Shown here: positions 10,255 to 17,689 of the stretch, piece after piece | Numbering within the stretch: position 1 is the stretch's first letter | How the letters are laid out: every line of letters starts with the position of its first letter | Assembly: GCA_001817065.1 (NCBI GenBank) | Contig: MHHQ01000015.1 | Coordinates: forward strand, 1,017-65,016 | Length of the DNA stretch: 64,000 nucleotides | From: Candidatus Andersenbacteria bacterium RIFCSPHIGHO2_02_FULL_46_16 | GTDB taxonomy: Bacteria; Patescibacteriota; Andersenbacteria; UBA10190 | Direction: 5' to 3' | Translations under genes and position numbers: made by a program | Notes under the pieces: generated by a model | What the model saw: only the letters and a program-made list of their open reading frames with translations | Told to the model about the DNA's origin: nothing | The model's database searches: none

Positions 10255-10348
10255 GTTGGTTAGTGAACAGGCGATACGGGGTCGAGGAGTGGGCTAACTG
10301 CTTTTTTTAGTTAATTTATTCTTCTTTTTCAGGGAGAGAAACGGGCAT

Positions 10349-10483
10349 GTAACTGCTCACTGGTCTAGGAAGACTATTGGCTAAGATAAGACGTTATAAT
10401 TTTTCACTTTTAAGAAAACCTTCTTTTTCTGGCTCTAAATATGGCTTAACCTAGTAATCCACCCTTAACCTGTGAGCAGTTAC
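10349..10483. mobile_element. 135-bp MITE (copy 1) with 12-bp perfect TIRs gtaactgctcac/gtgagcagttac, flanked by 8-bp TSD ACGGGCAT
   Basis: Same 135-bp sequence (about 4 substitutions) recurs at 43384-43518; direct repeat acgggcat at 10341-10348 and 10484-10491. Confidence 0.75.
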
Positions 10484-10595
10484 ACGGGCATGGGTTGACA
10501 AAATGCTTGTGGTGTGATATATACTATACGTAGTGTTTTTAATGCTTGTTCGTTTCAATTTTGTTTCTTCGTACCTCAAGAAAGAGAGGGTCAAG

Positions 10596-11696
10596 ATGTC
10601 AGGCAAGAATTGGATTTTCGAAGTGCCGACGAACCATGGGAATGTATCGATTGCCGTCCATCCTGGGCCGCATACAGATGAGCTGCTAGCTATTATGATG
10701 ATTCAGAAAGCAGCAACGAGGCAGTTTGTGATGGATCATCAGGCAGAGACAATCGGATTGGGTGTGGAGGGTGGACCGTATGATGAACACCCGAACAACG
10801 GTAAGCCGAGAAAGGTCGGTGAATGCACGGCCACGTTAGTGGGTAAAGCGCTGGGAATTCATCAGGATCCGGTATGGGAGCGGATGCTCCGGTTCGCTTA
10901 CTGGGTAGACCAAGGTGAACCCATGCCTAGAGTGGATGACGGGGAAGGATCTTTTCCGGAGGAATGGAACCATCCCTTCGACATCAACAACTTGTTCAAG
11001 TGTCATTGGCGGCGTTTGAGCAAAGGGAAAAAGGAGGTGCCAGTAGAGAAGGGGCTTGAGTATGTGACGTGGGCGTTGGAAATTCTCGATAATTTCTGGG
11101 CACAGCAAAGGGACTTCATTGCAGCCGAGGAGGAGATTAGGAAGAATTCAGAAACGAGGACTATGATGCATAAAGGAAGACCTTTGGATGTCATGTTGAT
11201 TCGGTCTGATAACCCGGAAATCAACGCAGCAGCGCGATACTTCTTCAGGGCGGGGCTCGTGATAATTCGCCATAGCCTGGGGCATGTCCGCATTTTCCGC
11301 AACAAGCAGAACGGAGTCGGATTGGATGACCTGATGAAGCTAATTACGATCCGAGAGTGCGAATTACGGGGAGAGCCGTATACCGGGAGATGGGATGAAC
11401 TGAAGAATGAAGGAGAAGGACCGGGCGGGATCTGGTATTACTTTAGACAGCACGGAATGTTGTTGAATGGGTCTGAACAGCACGAGAAACCGTCAACGGT
11501 CATCAATGATGATGAGTTGCTGAGACTGGTAGCAACGGCGTTAGACACAGACTTGTTTCACCCGCCGTTAGAGGACACGTGTAAAAAAGGATCATGTCGT
11601 CATTCCCGAACAACGCCGTGCCCGTTGTACCAGTACGGATTGGGTCGTTGTCAGAAAGTGAGGTACGACGAAGCCAGGAACCGGATTTCTGGTTAA
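10596..11696 (+). CDS. Hypothetical protein, possible MYG1/UPF0160-like metal-dependent hydrolase (weak)
   Basis: RBS AAGAAAGAGAGGG before ATG 10596; N-terminal VHPGPHTDELLAI resembles the GTHxGxFHxDEALA motif of MYG1-family hydrolases; C-terminal Cys cluster; GC content higher than surroundings. Confidence 0.4.
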   Translation: MSGKNWIFEVPTNHGNVSIAVHPGPHTDELLAIMMIQKAATRQFVMDHQAETIGLGVEGGPYDEHPNNGKPRKVGECTATLVGKALGIHQDPVWERMLRFAYWVDQGEPMPRVDDGEGSFPEEWNHPFDINNLFKCHWRRLSKGKKEVPVEKGLEYVTWALEILDNFWAQQRDFIAAEEEIRKNSETRTMMHKGRPLDVMLIRSDNPEINAAARYFFRAGLVIIRHSLGHVRIFRNKQNGVGLDDLMKLITIRECELRGEPYTGRWDELKNEGEGPGGIWYYFRQHGMLLNGSEQHEKPSTVINDDELLRLVATALDTDLFHPPLEDTCKKGSCRHSRTTPCPLYQYGLGRCQKVRYDEARNRISG

Positions 11697-11715
11697 GTAA
11701 ATGAAAACGACTACA

Positions 11716-11760
11716 CCCCTTGGGAAAAAGTACGAAGCTTTTCCTAGGGGGTTTTTCTTT
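11716..11760 (+). terminator. Rho-independent terminator
   Basis: ccccttgggaaaa...ttttcctagggg hairpin followed by gtttttcttt. Confidence 0.6.
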
Positions 11761-11792
11761 AGGCGGAGGTATAATACAGTAGAATATTGAGT

Positions 11793-13526
11793 ATGTTGAA
11801 TTTAAATAAAGAAATTCGGAGCGACATTGAGGAAGGCATAAAGACAGCCATTGCAGCTGGTGCTTTGGCGTCGACGGCTGATAAGACGAACGTAGTGGTG
11901 GAAGCCTCTTCGGAAAAAGGAGGAGGAAAGCTACAAGAGGCAGAAACTCATCGGGGAGACTATGCGTCGGCGGTGGCTCTGGCGATGACTAAGCAGGTAG
12001 GAAAGCCGCCGATGGAGATTGTAAAAATAATTGCCGAGCATATGCCGAAGAAGGAATACATCGGACGGATGAAAGCGGCTGCACCTGGATATTTAAATAT
12101 TTGGCTTAATCCGGGATGGATGACAGCGCGATTAAATAATTTAATTCAGGATAACGTATGCGATACGGTTAAGGCGGGAGAGGGGAAGAGTGTTAACTTG
12201 GAGTTTATTTCTGCCAACCCGACCGGACCGCTGACTTTGGGCAACGTACGTTCGGCCTTTAGTGTGGATACTTTAGGTAAAGTGCTTGAATGTGCCGGAT
12301 TTAATGTGACGCGGGAGTATTATTTTAATGACACGGGTGCACAAGTAAAGAAACTGGGTGAGTCGGTGGTCCGAAGGGTACTGCAACAAAAGGGCGAGAC
12401 GGTTGATTATGGAGACGAGTTATATCAGGGCGATTATATTAATGAATTAGGGCGGGAAATAGCGGAGGGGCTGAAGGAAAATGAAAACAAGGAACTATTT
12501 CAAGCAGACCTAGTGGACAGCCAGATGATCGAGCGCGTGGGGGGACTTGCTGCTACGCGGCTGACGGCCGATATAAAAAAGATGATAGCGGAGGACATGA
12601 GAATTGAGTTTGATGTTTGGACGTCCGAAGATGATTTGCGGCAGAAAGGGAAAGTAGCTGCGGTGATTGAAAAACTGAAGGCAAGCGACAAAGTATATAA
12701 GAAAGATGGCGCTTGGTACTTGAAAACTACTGCTTACGGTGACAGTGAGGATCGGGTGGTGATAAAAAGTGACGGTGAGTATGCATATATCGCGCCAGAT
12801 ATTGCTTATCATCAAGATAAATACGATCGGGGATTTGATGAGATTTTTACCTTCGTCGGGGCAGACCATCAAGGGCATCTGCCAAAGGTAAAAGCGGCGA
12901 TGGAGGCATTAGGCAATGACGTGACTAAGCTACACCAAATAACTTGCCAGTGGATGAGGATGACCAAGGACGGCCAACAGGTGAAATTGTCGAAGAGATT
13001 AGGACAAATTGTGACACCCAAAGACCTGATTGACGAAGTGGGCTACGATGCGATGCGTTTTTTTATGGTTCAGCATGCGTTGAACACGCATATGGATTTT
13101 GATATTGGCATTGCCAAGGAAAGAAGTGAAAGAAATCCGGTGTATTACGTCCAATATGCCTATGTGAGATTGCAGTCAATTTTGCGGCAGGCAAAAGAGA
13201 GGGGCGTCATTAATGAAGTAGGCGAGGTGTTTGAATTATCCAATAGTCCGGCCTTAACTCACGTGCAGGAGCTGAACTTGATACGGCAACTATATCGATT
13301 GCCGGAGGTTATCGCGGGGGTAGCAGAGCGGTTTGAGGTACATGATTTGCCTTACTTTGCCATGGAGTTAGCGAAGGCCATACATGTATTTTATAAACAC
13401 GTGCCGGTATTGGCGGGAGAAAACCAGGAGTTGATTAAGAATCGATTACAGTTGGTGTTGGCTGCTCGAGAAGTAATGGGAAAGACATTGGATTTGATTG
13501 GGGTTAGCAAGCCGGATGTGATGTAG
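11793..13526 (+). CDS. argS: Arginyl-tRNA synthetase
   Basis: ANPTGPL..., DIAYHQDKYDRGFDEIFTFVGADHQGH and the C-terminal anticodon-binding region are ArgRS-typical; TATAAT at 11770 (near-leaderless); ORF track frame from 11787 (TTG). Confidence 0.9.
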   Translation: MLNLNKEIRSDIEEGIKTAIAAGALASTADKTNVVVEASSEKGGGKLQEAETHRGDYASAVALAMTKQVGKPPMEIVKIIAEHMPKKEYIGRMKAAAPGYLNIWLNPGWMTARLNNLIQDNVCDTVKAGEGKSVNLEFISANPTGPLTLGNVRSAFSVDTLGKVLECAGFNVTREYYFNDTGAQVKKLGESVVRRVLQQKGETVDYGDELYQGDYINELGREIAEGLKENENKELFQADLVDSQMIERVGGLAATRLTADIKKMIAEDMRIEFDVWTSEDDLRQKGKVAAVIEKLKASDKVYKKDGAWYLKTTAYGDSEDRVVIKSDGEYAYIAPDIAYHQDKYDRGFDEIFTFVGADHQGHLPKVKAAMEALGNDVTKLHQITCQWMRMTKDGQQVKLSKRLGQIVTPKDLIDEVGYDAMRFFMVQHALNTHMDFDIGIAKERSERNPVYYVQYAYVRLQSILRQAKERGVINEVGEVFELSNSPALTHVQELNLIRQLYRLPEVIAGVAERFEVHDLPYFAMELAKAIHVFYKHVPVLAGENQELIKNRLQLVLAAREVMGKTLDLIGVSKPDVM

Positions 13527-13994
13527 TCTGGTGGGGAATAATGAAGTCAATATACTTGTAGCTAGCGATATAAATGAGGTTTTTGTAAGTAAATTTATGA
13601 AGATAGAACAAGTTAGGCAAAGTCGTGAAACGACGAGCAGAACAAGGTGAAGCTATGCTAAGCGAGGTGAAGCCAACGATATTAGGTAATAGAGCGAAGC
13701 AAGTGGATTTCGTCTAACGTATCGCTATATCCGAAGTTCTGCGGAGCGTAGCGGAGCAAAATATGGGTGGAGGCTTTTGTATAAAAGCCGTAACCGGATA
13801 CTTGTTGTTAGCTGATGTATATGTTTTTCTCTAATTTAAGAGTTGGGCGATAGCCCAAAAAAGAAAAGGAATATTTCAGCTAACGTTTACGCATCATCTG
13901 AAGTTTTCATCCCGACTTAGCAGGATAAACTTTTTATTTCAGACTACGCTTTATTTAATTATCTCCGCCTAAATCTTCATCTAAACTAAGGGGT

Positions 13995-14065
13995 GAAAAT
14001 TTGGGTCGAGAAAAGTTTTCACTCCTTGTTAATTCTAATAATGAAAAATTTTGGAGCCAGATATG
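13995..14065. repeat. Island repeat module A (AAATTTGGG + covarying hairpin + CCAGATATG)
   Basis: Homologous to modules at 14816-14890 and 17204-17280; interrupted at its 3' end by the 172-bp GC-rich element. Confidence 0.6.
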
Positions 14066-14233
14066 GAAGTCACATTATGAAATGCCACAAATATAGTGAC
14101 GGGCCCTGTCGGCGCTGCACCCCCACCCGACGGCTTCGGCCTGCCAGGCGGGCAGCCTGCAGGCGCTCGGTGGGGGTCCCCCGCGCCGCCACCCGTTTAT
14201 TTAAGAGTGGCATTTCATAATGTGACATCTATA
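14062..14233. repeat. 172-bp GC-rich palindromic element, copy 1
   Basis: Identical except 1 nt to copies at 41665-41836 and 45464-45635; 20-bp perfect TIR gtcacattatgaaatgccac / gtggcatttcataatgtgac; ~75% GC core. Confidence 0.8.
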
Positions 14234-14274
14234 GTTGGTGTTGGGCGATGTTGGATTTCATTTTCCATTCCTTA

Positions 14275-14688
14275 TTATTGTATTTTAAATAAATCGCCGT
14301 TTAGTATAACTGGTTGCATTGCAAGAAGTTCGTCAGTATAAATCATCTCTGGAATATCATTTAATATGAAAATTGTTTTATTCAAACAGTGCGCAAAACC
14401 CATTTCCAAAAAAGAATTGCCCCCGATATAATTACGAATACCCTTTTTATCAATATTAACTATCAATACAGCATCAGCGTTTTTAATCTTCTCAAAATAA
14501 TCACGAATTAAATCATGTTCAATCTTGTTTTTGGTAGATTCGTGAGAAGATTCCTCGGCCAATACTTTTTCGGCATATTTCTTGGTGTGTTTCGGTAATA
14601 CAACTTCGTGATTATTTTGAAGCAATTCTTTTTTAGCGGCTAACATTTGAACAGCTGACGACATGCTTCCGCAAATAACAATTTTCAT
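14275..14688 (-). CDS. Nucleoside 2-deoxyribosyltransferase-like (NDT/SLOG-fold) protein
   Basis: MKIVICGSMS N-terminus and GGNSFLEMGFAHCLNKTIFILN resemble the NDT-family Gly-rich start and catalytic Glu segment. Confidence 0.5.
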   Translation of the reverse strand: MKIVICGSMSSAVQMLAAKKELLQNNHEVVLPKHTKKYAEKVLAEESSHESTKNKIEHDLIRDYFEKIKNADAVLIVNIDKKGIRNYIGGNSFLEMGFAHCLNKTIFILNDIPEMIYTDELLAMQPVILNGDLFKIQ

Positions 14689-14815
14689 ATTTTTCTGTGG
14701 CTAGGTGATTTATTTAAAATATTTTTATAAAGGGAAAATGGAAGCCAATTTCGCACAATGTTTCGGGATATCTGATGTTTCTGGCTCGATTCAATATAAA
14801 TGTAGAAAAGAGCCT

Positions 14816-14890
14816 GAAATATGGGTCGAAGAAATTTGACATACCTTATTTATTAAATGCGTCAAATTTCTGAGCTAGATATCCCGTGTT
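14816..14890. repeat. Island repeat module B
   Basis: AAATATGGGTCGAAGAAATTTGAC...GTCAAATTTCTGAGCTAGATATCCCGTGTT; hairpin stem AAATTTGAC/GTCAAATTT. Confidence 0.6.
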
Positions 14891-14938
14891 CTGCGACCCG
14901 AAGGGCTTGAGTCGCAAAAAAATTTATAATCGGCTTGG

Positions 14939-15481
14939 TCACTTCTTAATTTTAGTTTCAGGATACCTTACGATAACAGAAAAAATATCCCCTTTATCGT
15001 CCAGCTCATCAAGTCTAGTAAAAAGGTCCAAAACTATGTCATCAGTAATATCTTCTTTAAGCCGTATAATGAGCGCGCGATTGATTCCGAGTTGTTTATA
15101 TAAACTTTCCATCGCTTGAAATTTTCTCTCTTTATTTTTAACAACGGTATGCTTTCCGCTGGTTACATCCACTGCGTAGTTTTTGCCATGGAAGGTAAAC
15201 ATCATGTCAATGCCGAGCATACGATCCAATAAAATATCTTTCGGTAAATCAGATAGCTTTAGGCCTTCATCGCGCAACTTTTGCACCACCAGTTCATATC
15301 TCTGCGGAAAGCCCTGTTTGACCTGCTCTAAGATTTTTCCCTCGCCATCTTCAAGAGAGAAAATTTCAACGCCAAGATCGCGCGCGGCTTCAATCAGTTT
15401 GTGCATTCTTTGCTCTGCCAACATTGAAACTTCGTTTACATAGTTTGGGGATATTTTTTCTTGTTTTGGTGATTCAAACAT
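14939..15481 (-). CDS. Hypothetical protein (180 aa)
   Basis: ORF track; same orientation as the other island genes; no recognisable family. Confidence 0.45.
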   Translation of the reverse strand: MFESPKQEKISPNYVNEVSMLAEQRMHKLIEAARDLGVEIFSLEDGEGKILEQVKQGFPQRYELVVQKLRDEGLKLSDLPKDILLDRMLGIDMMFTFHGKNYAVDVTSGKHTVVKNKERKFQAMESLYKQLGINRALIIRLKEDITDDIVLDLFTRLDELDDKGDIFSVIVRYPETKIKK

Positions 15482-15855
15482 AGATTATAAATTTTTTGCT
15501 ATTTCCGATAAAGTCGTCGGTATATCTGAAGTTTACGACTAAAACTTTAGTTTTAGGAAGTAAATTTAAGATATACCGTGCTAGGCAAAGTCGCGAAACG
15601 ACGAGCAGAACACGGCGCAGCCGACGACTTTATGCAAAAGAGCGAAGCGATTTTGCATAACGTTTCAGAATATGCGATATTTGCCAGCGGTACAATATGC
15701 CCGAAGGGCGACCGCTGGCAAATATGGGTGTAGCGACCAGCGGGAGCGGAACCGCATATTCTGTGTTATACGCGCCGAAGGCCGAGCCAGAGTGCAACGT
15801 CCCGTAGCGAAGCGGAGGGCTGGCGAAGAGTCCGTCCCGCCCGACACTTCATCAC

Positions 15856-16350
15856 TTACTTTGTTTGCAAAAGGGCAGAAATTTTGTTTTCCAGATGGTC
15901 AATCCCGCCAAATTCTTTGACCGGAATTGATTTTATTTTGGCTCTCGTTTCAGGATTAACATGTGTAATTGTCATTTCTTCTGTTCCGCCGATACTTTCG
16001 CAATCATCTTCTATGAGTACATCTGGCATGACTCTCTCAGCTACATTTTTGTATTCTTCATCTCCGAGGCGGAATAGAAGTTGACCGTCTGGAAAATTGA
16101 ACTGTTTCAAAACCGCACGAACAGCTTCTATTTCATCTGACTTTCGACGTGATGTGAGATACAAAATTTCTGCCCCTTGGTTTTTCCACGAAGTCAATTT
16201 TTTCACTGCGCCACCGATTGGCACATATGAAGTATATTCCTTCACAGAAGGCTCTTTGGCTTTAACCTGTTGCACAATTTTCTCATGTGAATGCCCTACT
16301 GCGTTTTTGTGCATCGTTATTGTGCCTTCTGTGAATACCATGATTTTCAT
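15856..16350 (-). CDS. Hypothetical protein (about 164 aa, start MKIMVFTEGTI)
   Basis: ORF track 15856-16449; internal ATG at 16350 preferred; no recognisable family. Confidence 0.4.
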   Translation of the reverse strand: MKIMVFTEGTITMHKNAVGHSHEKIVQQVKAKEPSVKEYTSYVPIGGAVKKLTSWKNQGAEILYLTSRRKSDEIEAVRAVLKQFNFPDGQLLFRLGDEEYKNVAERVMPDVLIEDDCESIGGTEEMTITHVNPETRAKIKSIPVKEFGGIDHLENKISALLQTK

Positions 16351-16723
16351 AATAGCAGTGAAAAATTGATGTCCTTTATAAATTGTACCAATTAAGGGCG
16401 GGACGGATTGCGTATAACGTTCACCGATAAGCGAAGTTTTATTGAGCAAAGCGAAATAAAATTTGGGAAAATGCCGAGCCGAGGCATTTTCCGCTTATCG
16501 CGTTGTTAAACGACCCGAGCCCGCCTTTCCTTATTATAATATAAAATAATAAGGCGGGCAGAGCGCAGCGGGGCTTGAGTTTTGTTCAAAAATATATTCC
16601 TTATTAAATAAGCCCTTCTGAAATTTTTCGTCCGCGCTTGATTGACTTTTTGGTCACGATATGCTTAAGTGTACTATCCAGTCAACTTCGACTGGCAACG
16701 ACAATTAAAAGGAGGATAATGAT

Positions 16724-16972
16724 ATGCCATACGATCCGAGACCAGTAAGTGAGGGTGGCAACAGCGGTATCGACGAACGGTTTTCGCGAAAGGCTCCATC
16801 TGGAAAGTTCCGCGTCGTCATGGTTGACACATTTGACGGCACGGACTCTGTTGTCGGCGACTACACGCGCCGAGGCGCACAGAGGGTCGCCAAGAAAAAG
16901 GGTGGCGAAATGACCAAGATGTACGTTTACAACGACGAGGGTAAGTGCGTTGGGGAAACCGGAACTTTCTAG
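16724..16972 (+). CDS. Small hypothetical protein (82 aa), high-GC
   Basis: Perfect SD AAGGAGG 8 nt upstream of ATG; terminator hairpin 17005-17043 downstream; opposite strand to neighbouring island genes. Confidence 0.6.
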   Translation: MPYDPRPVSEGGNSGIDERFSRKAPSGKFRVVMVDTFDGTDSVVGDYTRRGAQRVAKKKGGEMTKMYVYNDEGKCVGETGTF

Positions 16973-17004
16973 TCGCAACTCATCATCAAGCCCAGTCGGC
17001 CATG

Positions 17005-17043
17005 GCCTGCTTGCATATGAATAATGTGGGCAGGTCTTTTTTT
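17005..17043 (+). terminator. Rho-independent terminator
   Basis: gcctgc...gcaggt stem followed by TTTTTTT. Confidence 0.5.
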
Positions 17044-17203
17044 GTAAAAATTTCAAAAGGGCTTAAATTTAAAATGAAAAAATATTTTTGAACAAAATTT
17101 CGTTTAACGTATCGGCATCATCTGAAGTTGCGCCCATTTTCAAAGGCTAAAACTTCAAATTTCCACCTATCATTATTATATCACCAAACTTTTATGTCAC
17201 GGC

Positions 17204-17280
17204 GCAATTTGGGAGAAGAAATTTTGCATGCCTTGATTTATAATTGTGCAAAATTTCTGAACCAGATATGCCGTGTTAGC
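17204..17280. repeat. Island repeat module C
   Basis: CAATTTGGGAGAAGAAATTTTGCA...TGCAAAATTTCTGAACCAGATATGCCGTGTT; 10-bp stem AAATTTTGCA/TGCAAAATTT. Confidence 0.6.
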
Positions 17281-17297
17281 TGATGTAAATTTAAAAA

Positions 17298-17585
17298 TTA
17301 TTTTTGAAACTTCCTTTGACAATCTATTGCAACTTTTATACATTCTTCCGGATCATACCCAAGGTCTTCACACCATCTTATCGTCGAAAATATAATATTA
17401 CCCAGTTCTTTTTTAAGTTCATCATCGGTATGCACACTTTTATCTTTTACAGCGTCACGTTCCCAGCGACAAATATCACCAAACACCTTGCCCATACGGA
17501 CAATGATTTGACTGAGGCTTAATTTCTGGTCGCCCCAAATATCGCGGCTTTGTTGCAATAGATTTTTTATTTCCATAGATTTCAA
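17298..17585 (-). CDS. MazG-like nucleotide pyrophosphohydrolase (small all-alpha NTP-PPase)
   Basis: 95 aa; ELKKELGNIIFSTIRWCEDLGYDPEECIKVAI resembles the MazG EXXE...ELGDxL...LgiD helix signature. Confidence 0.55.
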   Translation of the reverse strand: MKSMEIKNLLQQSRDIWGDQKLSLSQIIVRMGKVFGDICRWERDAVKDKSVHTDDELKKELGNIIFSTIRWCEDLGYDPEECIKVAIDCQRKFQK

Positions 17586-17673
17586 AAATAATTTTTAAAT
17601 TTATTTCAGCTAACTGGTTATTAAATGAACTTACGGATGTACTTTAGCATAATTTAGTATGTTATGCATACTT

Positions 17674-17682
17674 TTGATATAA
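17674..17682 (+). promoter_or_regulatory. Extended -10 element TGATATAAT for the recombinase gene
   Basis: TGaTATAAT lies 8 nt upstream of the GTG start at 17690, which would make the mRNA leaderless. Confidence 0.4.
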
Positions 17683-17689
17683 TAGTGAT

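Noticed and set aside
13993-14341. ORFs 13993-14220 and 14096-14341 (plus 45498-45698) encoding MTGPVGAAPPPDGFGLPGG...
   Set aside because: They are produced by the 172-bp GC-rich repeat. The identical peptide arises at each copy and the ORFs diverge immediately outside the repeat, so they are non-coding artefacts of a repeated element.
14876-14910. Hairpin gcgac-ccgaagggcttga-gtcgc as a terminator
   Set aside because: It is followed by an A-run on the plus strand and preceded by a T-run on the minus strand. Neither orientation gives the hairpin-then-U-tract geometry, so it is more likely part of the recombination-site-like repeat.
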